From the NCBI GenBank assembly GCA_964423465.1, contig CAYRFK010000006.1, positions 1-49,612 of the forward strand: a stretch of DNA of 49,612 nucleotides, read 5' to 3'. The notes beneath the pieces are model-generated. The model was not told where the DNA came from, did not search any database, and was given only the letters and a program-made list of their open reading frames with translations. Positions 9,652 through 19,970 of the stretch are shown one piece after another. The position numbers and the translations under genes are program-made. The first letter of the stretch is position 1; each line of letters begins with the position of its first letter. The DNA comes from an uncultured Verrucomicrobiota bacterium (GTDB lineage: Bacteria > Verrucomicrobiota > Kiritimatiellia > PWTM01).

Positions 9652-10776
9652 ATGAAGAGAATGCACAGGGTGATGAAGCGCGTGGCGCCGTTGATCCCCG
9701 AGGGGGTCAAGGAAGCGATACGCGACCGGGTTCCGATGAAGGCCTACGATTTCGAGCGGCAGCGTGAAAGCGCGCCGGTCGCCGAGGAGACCCGGTACGA
9801 CGCGCCCGGCAGCCGCTACCGGTTCGGCATCGTGGAGGATGCCTACCGGGACCATCAGTACTACATCTCGGCCTGCCGGGAGATGGGGCTCTCGTACGAG
9901 GTGGTCAACCTGCTCGGGAACGACTGGATCGAGCGATTCCGGGCGGGAGCCTTCGATGCGGTCCTGGTCTGGCCCAGCAGCGCCACATTGATGGCCAAGC
10001 AAGTGTACGACTACCGGCTCCGCATTCTTGAACACGACCTGGGCACGCTTGTCTACCCGACGTGGCAGGAATGCTGGCTGACCGAGCACAAGCCGCGGTT
10101 GCGCGACTGGATGGATGCGCACGGGGTCCCGCATCCGGCGACATGGGTGTTTCACGAACCAGGCGAGGCGCTCGATTTCGCGGCATCCGCGGTACTGCCG
10201 GTCGTGGCGAAGACGGCGACGGGTGCGGGCGCCAGCGGCGTTTCAATCCTTCGCCGCCGCTCGGATCTTGTGCGTTTCATCCGCCTGGCCTTCGGACCGG
10301 GAATCCGGGCCAAGCGATTCGACGCATACGACCGCCAGCGTGGATTCGTCTACTTGCAAGAGTATCTTCCGGATGCCGAGGAATGGCGCATGGTCCGCAT
10401 CGGGGAATCCTTCTTCGGCTACCGGAAGGAACGGGGGCCGAACGGCCTGCACAGCGCATCGCACAAGTGGAGCTGGATCGATCCCGGCATCGCGCTCCTC
10501 GATCTGCTGGAAACCGTGACGGATGCCGGCGGATTCACGAGCATGAACGTGGACGTGTTCCGGCCGCCCGACGGACGCCTTCTCGTCAATGAGCTCCAGA
10601 CCGTGTTCGGCTGCACCACGCCCGCCATCTACATGAAGGTGGACGGCGTCGAGGGGCGCTATCTCCGCAGGAAGGGGGCATGGAGCTTCGATCCCGGCGA
10701 CTTCTGGCGGAATCACATGTGCAACCTCCGTCTCGATTATCTGCTCAAGGTGCTGGATGCGCGGAGGAAGCGCTAG
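9652..10776 (+). CDS. ATP-grasp (RimK-like) ligase
   Basis: PVVAKTATGAGASGV, YLQEYLP, EWRMVRIG, MNVDVF, LLVNELQ; RBS AGGAGG. Confidence 0.8.
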   Translation: MKRMHRVMKRVAPLIPEGVKEAIRDRVPMKAYDFERQRESAPVAEETRYDAPGSRYRFGIVEDAYRDHQYYISACREMGLSYEVVNLLGNDWIERFRAGAFDAVLVWPSSATLMAKQVYDYRLRILEHDLGTLVYPTWQECWLTEHKPRLRDWMDAHGVPHPATWVFHEPGEALDFAASAVLPVVAKTATGAGASGVSILRRRSDLVRFIRLAFGPGIRAKRFDAYDRQRGFVYLQEYLPDAEEWRMVRIGESFFGYRKERGPNGLHSASHKWSWIDPGIALLDLLETVTDAGGFTSMNVDVFRPPDGRLLVNELQTVFGCTTPAIYMKVDGVEGRYLRRKGAWSFDPGDFWRNHMCNLRLDYLLKVLDARRKR

Positions 10777-10845
10777 CATGATTTCGATGGTGGAGTCGGC
10801 AGGGTTGCGTGTCCGTCAACGGATCGCCCCGGGGACCGGTGTGTC

Positions 10846-11835
10846 ATGAAGCGGACGGATCCCGGGGCTGTTCAGGGACCGGTCGTGCGGGAGTTGGGCC
10901 CCGACGACGCGCCGGCCGTTGCGGAGATCCGCCCGACGGTGGTGACGGCCGGGACATGGCCGTCCCCGCCGGACGCGCGCATCGCAGTGTACGGCGTGTT
11001 CGACAAGGACCGCATCGAGGCGGTGTTCGCGCTGCAGTCGCGGCGGCGGTGGGGGCTCACGCTGTGGAGCCAGCCGTCGATGGCGCCTCACTGCGGTCTT
11101 GTCTTCCGGGATGCAGCGGGACCCGGCGAGAAGCGCAATAGCGCCCACAAGCGTGCGGTGGCGGCTGTTGCGGAGTTCCTTGGCGCACAACGGGCCTCGA
11201 TTGTGTCTGTCGTCTTCCCCGACAGTGTCGCAGATCTCCAGCCGTTCCTGTGGCAACAGTTCAAGGTGTCCGTGTCCTACACCTACCAGATCCGCCTGCC
11301 GGGAGCGTCCGATGCCGATCTCCTGGCCCGTATGAGCGGAAACCGATCGCGCGAAATCCGGGGCGGAGCGAAGCGCAACCTCCGGTGCGAACCATGTACG
11401 GACCTTGCACTTGTCGAACGGCTTGCGGGAATGAGCCTGTCGCGCCAGGGCGTGGGTGGCGCCGAAGCGCAGATGCGGGAGATCGTGGGCCGGTTCGCAA
11501 CACCGGCAAGTTCATTCGCTTACGCCACATGGCTTGGCGAAGCGCCGGTTGCGGTCTGCTTCTGCATTCACGACTGCCAGCGAGCGTACTACCTCGTCGG
11601 TGGGGTCGACGCAGCAAAGGACGAGACCGCGGCTTCGCCGATGGCGATCTTCGCCGGCATCCGCCACGCACGGGATCTCGGGCTGGAGATCTTCGACTTT
11701 GAAGGCTCCTCGGTGCCGGGCATCGAACGGTTCTTCCGTGGCTTCGGCGGCGATCTTGTGCCGCAGTTGCGGGTCGTGAGGGCGCCGCTGCTGGTCGAGA
11801 TGGCGCTGAAACCGTTCAAACGATCGCTCTTCTGA
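10846..11835 (+). CDS. GNAT/FemAB-like acyltransferase
   Basis: DLQPFLWQQFKV.V.YTY, AYYLVGG, FDFEGSSVPGIERFFRGFGG. Confidence 0.8.
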   Translation: MKRTDPGAVQGPVVRELGPDDAPAVAEIRPTVVTAGTWPSPPDARIAVYGVFDKDRIEAVFALQSRRRWGLTLWSQPSMAPHCGLVFRDAAGPGEKRNSAHKRAVAAVAEFLGAQRASIVSVVFPDSVADLQPFLWQQFKVSVSYTYQIRLPGASDADLLARMSGNRSREIRGGAKRNLRCEPCTDLALVERLAGMSLSRQGVGGAEAQMREIVGRFATPASSFAYATWLGEAPVAVCFCIHDCQRAYYLVGGVDAAKDETAASPMAIFAGIRHARDLGLEIFDFEGSSVPGIERFFRGFGGDLVPQLRVVRAPLLVEMALKPFKRSLF

Positions 11836-11851
11836 TGCCGCGGACACCGTC

Positions 11852-13030
11852 ATGATCCGATCCCTTGTCATCCTGACCGACGGCTATCCGTGCCGTACGC
11901 GCCCGGTGTGGCTGATCTTCGTCCGCCACATCGCGCACGCCATGGCGCGGCAGGGCGTCAAGGTCTCGGTGATCTGCCCGCTGTCGGTACACCGCGCCTG
12001 GCGGGGGCGCGATCCCGTGGTGGAGCGCGAGGACGCCGGCGACGGTGCGTTCGTGACCGTCCATCGCCCGCGCTTCGTCTCGTTCTCGAGCCGCGGCATC
12101 GGCCGATGGAACACGCTGTTCCTGACGCTGGCGGCCGTCGAGCGGAAGACCCGCGGCGTCCTGCGGCGGCACTTCGCGACGCCCCCCGACGCCTTCTACG
12201 GCCACTTCCTCTATGCCGGCGGGGCGCTGGCCGTGAAGCTCGGATGCGAGACGGGGGCGGGCTCGTTCCCCGCGGTGGGCGAGGGATCGTTGACGACTCT
12301 CGACATCGTCGGCCGGCCGCGCGCCGCCCGCGAACTCGCCGGGGCCGACGGGATCATCGTGAACTCATCGCATCTCGTCGGACTGGTTCATGAACAGACC
12401 GGGTATCCCGCCGACCGCATCGGCGTCTTTTCGAACGGCATCAACCGGTCCGTCTTCCGTCCGCTCGACCGGGCGGAGTGCCGGCGCCGCTACGGGTTTC
12501 CGCCGGATCTCTTCCTCGTGGCCTCCGTCGGGACCTTCTTCTTCCAGAAGGGCGTTGCACGGGCCGCAGAGGCGATCCGGGGACTGCCGGGTGTCGGGGG
12601 GGTCTTCGTTGGATCCGGCCCGGTGCCGCCGGTGGCGGAGAATACGGTCTTCAACCGGCGCGTCGGTCATGAGGAACTTCCGGCGCTTCTCTCCGCCTGC
12701 GATGCCTTCGTCCTGCCGACGATGGACGAGGGCTGCTGCAACGCGATCCTCGAGGCGATGGGCTGTGGCCTGCCGGTGATCAGTTCCACCGGGGCCTTCA
12801 ACGACGACATCCTGAATCCCGACGTGTCGATCCGCACCGACCCGCTCGACGTGCCGGCCATCCGCGCCGCGATCGTGCGCCTTCGGGACGATCCCGCCAT
12901 GCGGTCGCGCATGGCCGCGGCCGCGCTGGCGTGGTCCGCCCGGTTCGATGCCGACCTGCGTGCGCGCCGCATCCTCGACTTCATGGCGGCGCGGATTGCC
13001 GCCCGGCCCGCCGGGGGAGCCCGTCCATGA
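11852..13030 (+). CDS. Glycosyltransferase family 4 (TuaC-like)
   Basis: NGINRSVFRP, QKG, DAFVLPTMDEGCCNAILEAMGCGLPVI (ExxxxxxxE motif). Confidence 0.9.
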   Translation: MIRSLVILTDGYPCRTRPVWLIFVRHIAHAMARQGVKVSVICPLSVHRAWRGRDPVVEREDAGDGAFVTVHRPRFVSFSSRGIGRWNTLFLTLAAVERKTRGVLRRHFATPPDAFYGHFLYAGGALAVKLGCETGAGSFPAVGEGSLTTLDIVGRPRAARELAGADGIIVNSSHLVGLVHEQTGYPADRIGVFSNGINRSVFRPLDRAECRRRYGFPPDLFLVASVGTFFFQKGVARAAEAIRGLPGVGGVFVGSGPVPPVAENTVFNRRVGHEELPALLSACDAFVLPTMDEGCCNAILEAMGCGLPVISSTGAFNDDILNPDVSIRTDPLDVPAIRAAIVRLRDDPAMRSRMAAAALAWSARFDADLRARRILDFMAARIAARPAGGARP

Positions 13031-14175
13031 CACGCCCCCGAATCTGCATCGTCGAGCCGTGCCACAGCCACGAGGAGGTGGTGCTCCCGCTCGTAGACCT
13101 CCTGCGGGACGACTGGGAGGTGCATGTCGCGGCGCCGGACTCCCTTCTGACGGTCGATCTGCTGCGCGACACGCGCGGCATCTACGCCGCCCATTCCGTG
13201 CGCTGGGATCAGCGGCGGCCGCGCTGGCGGCGTCTGGCGGACATGCCGCGCAAGTACCGCGAGCTGCGGCGGATCGTCGACGAGGTCAGGCCGGAGTTCG
13301 TCGTGTTCAACTCCACGTACGGCTTCGCGGATCTCGCCTGCATCGTGCACGCATTCCGCGGCGTGCGAAAGGCGCAGGTCATCCACAACGCGGACGTCTT
13401 CGCCCGCGCTCCGGCGCGACGCTGGGCGGCGGAGTTCGATCTGAACCTGGTGCTCTCCGAGGAGGTTCACGCGCATCTTGTCGCATCCGGCGGCGCGATC
13501 CCGGGGCTGGACCATGTCCTGCCCATCGTCTTCGAGTCGTTCGAGGCCCTGAATCCGGCGGATCCGGCTCCGGGCGGTGACGTCGGTCCGTTGCGGCTGG
13601 GCGTTTTTGGATCCGTGGACGCGTCGCGGCGGAACTACCGCGGCCTGCTCGACCGCCTGGCGGCATGGCGGCGGCCGGGACGCGCGTGCGGCTTCACGAT
13701 CGACATCGTCGGCGCGGCCCCGGCGTGGCTCCTGGAGTCGGTCGTCCGGCACGGGCTGGACGATGTGGTCCGGTGCGGGGCCGGCTTTGTGCCCTTCGCC
13801 GATCTGTTCCGGATCCTCCGCCGTACGGATCTGGTGCTGTTCCTGGTCGATGCCTCGGTCGACGACTGCGCACGCTACAACCGGACCAAGATCACCGGCA
13901 GTTCGACACTCGTGAAGGCGTTTCGCAGGGCGTCCATCGCGTCGAACGACTTCCGGCTCGACGCCGTCCTGGCTGATGCGTGCGTCCGCCACGACGGCGA
14001 CCGGATCGACGACGTCTTCGAGGCGATCGCCTCAGGCCGGCTGACCCGGGCGGATGCCCGCGCGATGGAGCGGACCCACGATGCGAATCCCGCGTTGTCC
14101 CGCGAGGCCCAGAAGACCCGGTTGGCCGCGGCGCTGCGCCGGGCCATGGCGGTTCACGGGAGGGCGTCTGCGTGA
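13027..14175 (+). CDS. Divergent GT-B fold glycosyltransferase-like protein
   Basis: LGVFGSVDASRRNY, GFVPFADLF, TKITGS; translationally coupled on both sides. Confidence 0.55.
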   Translation: MTRPRICIVEPCHSHEEVVLPLVDLLRDDWEVHVAAPDSLLTVDLLRDTRGIYAAHSVRWDQRRPRWRRLADMPRKYRELRRIVDEVRPEFVVFNSTYGFADLACIVHAFRGVRKAQVIHNADVFARAPARRWAAEFDLNLVLSEEVHAHLVASGGAIPGLDHVLPIVFESFEALNPADPAPGGDVGPLRLGVFGSVDASRRNYRGLLDRLAAWRRPGRACGFTIDIVGAAPAWLLESVVRHGLDDVVRCGAGFVPFADLFRILRRTDLVLFLVDASVDDCARYNRTKITGSSTLVKAFRRASIASNDFRLDAVLADACVRHDGDRIDDVFEAIASGRLTRADARAMERTHDANPALSREAQKTRLAAALRRAMAVHGRASA

Positions 14176-14996
14176 AGGCCATTGTCTCGCACGACGTCGA
14201 CCACCTGACGGCATGGGAGCATGTCCGGGATGGCGCGCTGCTGCGCTTCCTGGCGCGCAGCACGATGCAGGCCGCGACACGGGGCATCCCGGCGCGGGTG
14301 GCGGCCGGCCGCCTCTCGGAGATCGCGCGGAACCGCTGGCACAACCTGGATGAACTGGCGGAGTTCGACCGGCACATGGACATTCCATCGACGTTCTTCT
14401 TCGGCATGGCGCGCGGCCTCGGCATGTCGTACGGCGCCGCCGCGGCACGGCCCTGGATCCGGCGGCTGAAGGACGCGGGGTTCGACGTCGGCGTACACGG
14501 CATCGCCTACGACGATGCGCCGGGCATTGGCGCCGAGGCCGCCGCCTTCCGCGAGGCCTCAGGGATCGCGAGCTTCGGCATCCGCATGCACTACCTGCGC
14601 CATGCGCCGGAGACGCCGCGCCTCCTGGAGGCCGCGGGCTACCTGTTCGATTCGACGCGCGAGGCGCTCGGGGCTCCGTGCGTGCACGGGCGCATGGTCG
14701 AGTTCCCGGTCGCCGTGATGGATGCCCGGATCATGTACCCGAGCGGAGGGCTGAATCCGGTCCCGCTCGACGAGGCGAAGGCGGCGACCCTGCGGATCGT
14801 GGCGCGCGCGGAGGCTGCGGCGCTGCCGTACCTGACCGTGCTGTTCCATGACCGCTACTTCTCGGACCGTTTTCCAGAGTGGCGCGCGTGGTACGTCTGG
14901 CTCGTCGACCACCTGCGCGAGCGGGGCATCCGGTTCGCCGGATTCCGGCAGGCCGTGGCCGAGGTGCGCGGCATGGCCGCGGAGGCGGCGGCATGA
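14172..14996 (+). CDS. Polysaccharide deacetylase family protein
   Basis: SHDVDH, STFFF, DVGVHG, GIRMHYLR, YLFDST, TVLFH (NodB/CE4-like motifs). Confidence 0.75.
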   Translation: MKAIVSHDVDHLTAWEHVRDGALLRFLARSTMQAATRGIPARVAAGRLSEIARNRWHNLDELAEFDRHMDIPSTFFFGMARGLGMSYGAAAARPWIRRLKDAGFDVGVHGIAYDDAPGIGAEAAAFREASGIASFGIRMHYLRHAPETPRLLEAAGYLFDSTREALGAPCVHGRMVEFPVAVMDARIMYPSGGLNPVPLDEAKAATLRIVARAEAAALPYLTVLFHDRYFSDRFPEWRAWYVWLVDHLRERGIRFAGFRQAVAEVRGMAAEAAA

Positions 14997-16282
14997 ACGT
15001 GTGGCTGATGACGGTGGGCGAGCCGCTTCCGATCGATCCGGACGGCGACCGCCTGCATCGCACCGGCATGGTGGCCGAGCGGTTGCTGGCGGAGGGACAT
15101 TCCGTCGTGTGGTGGACCTCGGCGTTCGACCACAACCGCAAGCGTGTGCGCTGCGACGCCGATGCCTGCGTGCAGGTCGGCGAACGCTACCGGATCCGGA
15201 TGCTGTACGCGCGGCCCTATCGGAGGCACGTCTCGATCCGGCGGATCCTCAACCACCGTGGGGTGGCCGCGGCGTTCCGGCGGCACGTGGCGGAGGAGCC
15301 GCGTCCCGACGTGATCCTCTGTTCGCTGCCCCTGATCGAACTGGCCGATGCCGCCGGACGTTACGGTCGCGCACACGGCGTGCCCGTGATCGTCGATGCG
15401 CGCGACATGTGGCCCGACATCTTCGCGGAGCTCGCGCCGCCGTGTCTTCGGGGCCTTGCGCGCGCGGCGCTGTTTCCGATGTTCCGTGCCGCGCGCCGGG
15501 CGTGCCGGAACGCCGCCGCCCTGACCGGCATCACGCCGCCCTTCGTCGAGTGGGCGCTGGCGAAGGCGGGGCGTGCACGGTCGGACGCCGACCGCGATTT
15601 CCCGCTGGCCTACGACGGCCGCGGGACGGCGGCCGCCGCGACGGAATCCGTGCGCGAACGCTGGCGGCCCCGGCTGGCCGGGAACGGCGCGTTCACGGCC
15701 TGCTTCTTCGGCACCTTCGGCCGCCAGTTCGACATCGAAACCGTCCTCGGCGCCGCGCGGCGGCTCTCGGGCGGCCCGCGGCGGTTCCAGTTCGTTCTGT
15801 GCGGAAACGGTGACCGGTTGCCGCAGTATCGCGATCTGGCCGCCGGGTGCGGCAACGTCCTGCTGCCGGGCTGGGTCGGGGCGGAGGACATCGCGTACCT
15901 CATGAGCCGTGCGTCGGTCGGACTCGCCCCCTACCGCAGCAGTCCGAGCTTCGTCGTGAGCATCCCCAACAAGGCGATCGAGTACCTGTGCGGCGGGCTG
16001 CCCGTTCTCTCCAGCCTTTCGGGGGAACTGGAGCGGGTGCTGTCCGAAGGCGGATGCGGATTGACCTATCCCAACGGCGGCGAGGTCGAACTCGCCGACA
16101 CTCTGGTCCGCCTGTACGACGATCCGGCCCTCGTCAGGACGATGGGGGAGCGGGGCCGCACGCTGTTCGAGCAACGCTTCGAGGCCCGCCGCGTCTACGG
16201 CGACATGGTCCGCCATATCGAAACGATCCACCAGAACCATTGCGCCGCGGGTCGTCCCGCGGCGGACGCAACCCGAGGGTGA
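14993..16282 (+). CDS. Glycosyltransferase family 4 (WbuB-like)
   Basis: VIVDARDMWPD, PNKAIEYLCGGLPVL. Confidence 0.85.
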   Translation: MNVWLMTVGEPLPIDPDGDRLHRTGMVAERLLAEGHSVVWWTSAFDHNRKRVRCDADACVQVGERYRIRMLYARPYRRHVSIRRILNHRGVAAAFRRHVAEEPRPDVILCSLPLIELADAAGRYGRAHGVPVIVDARDMWPDIFAELAPPCLRGLARAALFPMFRAARRACRNAAALTGITPPFVEWALAKAGRARSDADRDFPLAYDGRGTAAAATESVRERWRPRLAGNGAFTACFFGTFGRQFDIETVLGAARRLSGGPRRFQFVLCGNGDRLPQYRDLAAGCGNVLLPGWVGAEDIAYLMSRASVGLAPYRSSPSFVVSIPNKAIEYLCGGLPVLSSLSGELERVLSEGGCGLTYPNGGEVELADTLVRLYDDPALVRTMGERGRTLFEQRFEARRVYGDMVRHIETIHQNHCAAGRPAADATRG

Positions 16283-16285
16283 CCC

Positions 16286-17212
16286 ATGGAAGAGCGAAGC
16301 ATCTGGTTCCGCGGCTCGATCGTACCCGCCCGGGACGCGACGGTGAACGTGCTGTCGCCCACGGCGCAGTTCGGACTCAACGTGTTCGAGGGCATCCGCT
16401 GCTACTGGAATCCGCGTCGGCAGCAACTCTACGCCTTTCGTCTGGCCGAGCACTTTGCGCGGCTGCAACGCTCCTGCAAGCTGATCGGCCTGCCGTGTCC
16501 GTATGGGGCCGCCGAGATGGAGGGCTTCATGGTCGCGGTTCTCCGCCATAACGGATACCGCGAGGATGTGGCGGTCCGGATGACCGTGTTCGCCGACGGC
16601 GAGGGTTCGTGGAGCTCGACCGGGCCGGTGGACATGTTCATCGCGCCCGCCGCGCGGCGAAGGACCGACCTCCAGACCCTGAAGGGGCTTGCGGGCTGCG
16701 TCTCCACCTGGCAGCGGATAGGGGACACCTGCCTCCCGCCGCGGATCAAGGCCGGCGCCAATTACATCAACGGGCGGTACGGTTTCCTTGAGGCGAAACG
16801 CAACGGCTACGACGTGCCGGTCTTCCTCGCGGCGAACGGCAAGGTGTCCGAGTCCGCGGGGGCCTGCCTCTTCCTCGTCCGCGACGGCGTGCTGGCGACG
16901 CCGCCGTTGACGTCCTCGGTGCTGGAGAGCATCACCCGTGCGACATTGATCGACCTCGCCGCCGGCCTGGGGATCCCGGTGGACGTCCGCGAAGTCGACC
17001 GCACGGAGCTCTACATCGCCGACGAGGTGTTTCTCTGCGGCAGTGCGGCGGAGGTGACGCCGGTCGTGTCGATGGACAGGATTCCCGTGGGCTCCGGCGC
17101 GCCCGGCCCGGTGACCGTCTCCCTGCTGAAGGCCTACCTCGATCACGTTTCCAACGAACCCGGAGCCCGCTCCGAATGGCTGACACCGATCCATCCCGCA
17201 GGCCTTCCGTGA
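16286..17212 (+). CDS. ilvE: PLP fold-type IV aminotransferase (branched-chain type)
   Basis: FGLNVFEGIRCY, RLAEHFARL, KAGANY, ESAGACLF, LESITR, ADEVFLCGSAAEVTPV. Confidence 0.85.
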   Translation: MEERSIWFRGSIVPARDATVNVLSPTAQFGLNVFEGIRCYWNPRRQQLYAFRLAEHFARLQRSCKLIGLPCPYGAAEMEGFMVAVLRHNGYREDVAVRMTVFADGEGSWSSTGPVDMFIAPAARRRTDLQTLKGLAGCVSTWQRIGDTCLPPRIKAGANYINGRYGFLEAKRNGYDVPVFLAANGKVSESAGACLFLVRDGVLATPPLTSSVLESITRATLIDLAAGLGIPVDVREVDRTELYIADEVFLCGSAAEVTPVVSMDRIPVGSGAPGPVTVSLLKAYLDHVSNEPGARSEWLTPIHPAGLP

Positions 17213-17838
17213 GCGGGCGCAACGGACCTCCGCTGTCCGATGCGTTGAAGCGGGCGATGGATCTCGCCGGTGCGACCGTCGGACTTCTGGTGATGCTGCC
17301 GCTGTGGATGGCCGTGGCGGTCTGGATCAAGCGCGACTCGCCGGGCCCCGTGCTGTTCCGTCAGGGGCGGCTGGGGAGGGGCGGGCGCGTTTTTCAGATG
17401 TGCAAATTCAGGACCATGGTCGTGAACGCCGAGAAGGTGGGAACCGGGCTCTTCAGCTACGAGGACGATCCGCGCGTGACGCGGTCGGGCTGGATTCTGC
17501 GCGCGACCAGCCTGGATGAAACGCCGCAACTCCTGAACGTTCTGGCCGGCAGCATGTCGCTCGTCGGACCGCGTCCGCCGGTGACGTACGAGTTGGGCGA
17601 CTACGACGCGATGCCGGAGTCCATGAAGGAGCGGTTCCGCGTGAAGCCGGGCATCACGGGACTGGCGCAGGTGTCGGGGCGCAACGATCTGAGCTGGGAG
17701 GAGAAGATCGTCCACGATCGGGAGTACCTGCGGCGGTACCGGCGCCACGGGATTCTGGAGGACATCCGCATCCTGGCCCTGACGCTCGTCGTGGTGGCGC
17801 GGCGGAGCAGCGTGGTCGAGAAGCGGCGGGAGGCCTGA
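17209..17838 (+). CDS. Monotopic phosphoglycosyl transferase (PglC/Bac_transf), initiating sugar transferase
   Basis: [66 protein letters not shown]. Confidence 0.92.
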   Translation: MSGRNGPPLSDALKRAMDLAGATVGLLVMLPLWMAVAVWIKRDSPGPVLFRQGRLGRGGRVFQMCKFRTMVVNAEKVGTGLFSYEDDPRVTRSGWILRATSLDETPQLLNVLAGSMSLVGPRPPVTYELGDYDAMPESMKERFRVKPGITGLAQVSGRNDLSWEEKIVHDREYLRRYRRHGILEDIRILALTLVVVARRSSVVEKRREA

Positions 17839-17841
17839 GAC

Positions 17842-19071
17842 ATGGACTGGAACGAGGCACAACGGCTGTCGGAGCTGCACGGCGACGGGTTCTTCCTGTA
17901 TGACGAGGCCCGCCTTGCGGCGAACTTCGCGGAGATTCGCGACGCCTTCGCCGCCGCGTACCCGGCGACGCGCGTCGCCTACTCGTACAAGACCAACTAC
18001 ACCCCGGCTGTCTGCCGCTGCATCGACCGACTCGGCGGCTACGCGGAGGTCGTTTCGCACATGGAGTACGGGCTGGCGCGGCGGATCGGCGTCGATGGGA
18101 GCCGGATCATCTACAACGGCCCCTGCAAGTCCGAGGATTCCGTCCGCGAGGCGCTGCTGGGAGGATCGATCGTCAACATGGATTCGTGGCGTGACTGCGA
18201 TCTCGTTCTGCAGACCGCCCGCGGCGCGCCGCGCCGGATGCTGAACGCATCGATCCGGTGCAACTTCCCGGTCAACGAGGGGCCGCGCTCGCGCTTCGGC
18301 CTCGAGGTCGACGGCTCCGAGTTCCGGGCGGTCCTCGGGGCGATCCGCGACGCCGGGAACCTGCGCTTGGCCGGCCTCCACTGCCACTTTCCCAGCCGCG
18401 ATATCGAGTCCTACGCCGTCCGCGCAGACCGGATGCTGGAGCTGGCCTCCGCGCTGTTTTCCACGCCGCCGGACTTTCTGGACATCGGCGGGGGGTTCTT
18501 CGGTCACGTTCCTGACTCGATGCGGGCCGGCCTCAAGGTGAGGGTGCCGTCGTTCGCCGAGTATGCGGACGTCGTGGGCGGGCGGTTCCGGCGCGCCTAT
18601 CCCGCCGGCGGTGGAACGCCCGTGCTGTTCATCGAGCCGGGGACGGCCATCGTCGCAGACACCTTCACTTTCCTCACGAAGGTTCTCGACCTCAAGACCG
18701 TGGCAGGGCGGAGGATCGCAACGGTCGCCGGGAGCATCTTCAACATCAGCCCCAACGCCCGGTGCACCACCCTCCCGGTTACGGTGCTTCGCCGGACCGC
18801 AGATGCCGACCCCGAAGCCGACGGGCCGGTCGATGTGGCTGGCTATACGTGCATCGAGAGCGACTATCTCTCGCGGTCTCTGCCAGGGCCGCTGTCGGTC
18901 GGGGATTTCCTCGTCTACCACCAGGTGGGCTCGTACTCCGTCGTCATGAAGCCGCCCTTCATCCTGCCGGCCACGCCGATCCTCAAGCGGGAGGGCGACG
19001 GCGGGGGGTGCGTGCCGGTGAAACGCCGCGAGACGTGCGACTACGTGTTCGAGAACTTCACGGTGCCCTGA
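17842..19071 (+). CDS. PLP fold-type III decarboxylase (diaminopimelate decarboxylase-like)
   Basis: YSYKTN, IYNGPCK, SRFG, GLHCH, LDIGGGF, IEPGTAIV, GYTCIESD, VGSY. Confidence 0.85.
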   Translation: MDWNEAQRLSELHGDGFFLYDEARLAANFAEIRDAFAAAYPATRVAYSYKTNYTPAVCRCIDRLGGYAEVVSHMEYGLARRIGVDGSRIIYNGPCKSEDSVREALLGGSIVNMDSWRDCDLVLQTARGAPRRMLNASIRCNFPVNEGPRSRFGLEVDGSEFRAVLGAIRDAGNLRLAGLHCHFPSRDIESYAVRADRMLELASALFSTPPDFLDIGGGFFGHVPDSMRAGLKVRVPSFAEYADVVGGRFRRAYPAGGGTPVLFIEPGTAIVADTFTFLTKVLDLKTVAGRRIATVAGSIFNISPNARCTTLPVTVLRRTADADPEADGPVDVAGYTCIESDYLSRSLPGPLSVGDFLVYHQVGSYSVVMKPPFILPATPILKREGDGGGCVPVKRRETCDYVFENFTVP

Positions 19072-19970
19072 TGGACTTCATCTACATCACCAACGACCCC
19101 GTCCGCGCCCGGGCGGCGGACGGAGCGGGAGTGGATCGCGTGATGGTCGATCTCGAGATCCATGGCAAGGTCGCGCGGCAGGGGCATCGGAACACGGTGA
19201 TCTCGCGGCACACGCCCGAGGATGTGAGCGTGATCCGGCGGGTACTTCGGACGGCGCGGCTGATGGTGCGAGTCAACCCCATGCACGCTGCACTGGCGGC
19301 CGAGGTGGACGACGCGGTGGATCGCGGCGCCGACATCCTCATGCTGCCCATGTTCACGTCGGCCGGGGATGTCCGCGAGTTTGTCCGCATGGTCGGCGGG
19401 CGGGCGCGGGTCTGCCTGCTGCTGGAAACCGGGGCGGCCTTGGCGCGCGCGGATGACGTCGCATCAGTTTCGGGCGTCGACGAGATCCACATCGGGCTCA
19501 ACGATCTGCACCTCGCGCTCGGCCTCGACTTCATGTTCGAGCTTCTGTCGGGCGGACTGGTGGACCACCTTGCGTCGATCCTGCGCGCCCGTCGCGTGAA
19601 GTTTGGATTCGGCGGCGTCGGGCGACTGGAGAGTGGACCGCTCCGTTCCAACTGGATCCTCTCGGAGCATTGCCGGCTCGGGTCGTCGATGGTGATTCTG
19701 TCCAGGGACTTCAACCGGGTCTTTGAAGACGTCTCCGAGGAGGATGGCATGCGCGGATTCCGCGGGGAGGTGTCGCGGGTGAGGGGCTTCGTCGACGGTT
19801 TGGCGTCGGCACCCCCGGTTGAACTGGCCGCCAACGCGGAACGGCTCAGGACCGCCGTACGGGCGATTGCGGCGGATCTGCGAGAGGGCGCGCCATCCGG
19901 GACAGGGGATTCCGGCACGGCTTCGGCCGCGAGCCTCCCAATGGGCGTCCGATATGCAGGTGCGCCATGA
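19071..19970 (+). CDS. HpcH/HpaI aldolase / citrate lyase family protein
   Basis: VMVDLE, VRVNP, GADILMLPM, LLLET, IHIGLNDL; TGATG coupling to decarboxylase. Confidence 0.8.
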   Translation: MDFIYITNDPVRARAADGAGVDRVMVDLEIHGKVARQGHRNTVISRHTPEDVSVIRRVLRTARLMVRVNPMHAALAAEVDDAVDRGADILMLPMFTSAGDVREFVRMVGGRARVCLLLETGAALARADDVASVSGVDEIHIGLNDLHLALGLDFMFELLSGGLVDHLASILRARRVKFGFGGVGRLESGPLRSNWILSEHCRLGSSMVILSRDFNRVFEDVSEEDGMRGFRGEVSRVRGFVDGLASAPPVELAANAERLRTAVRAIAADLREGAPSGTGDSGTASAASLPMGVRYAGAP

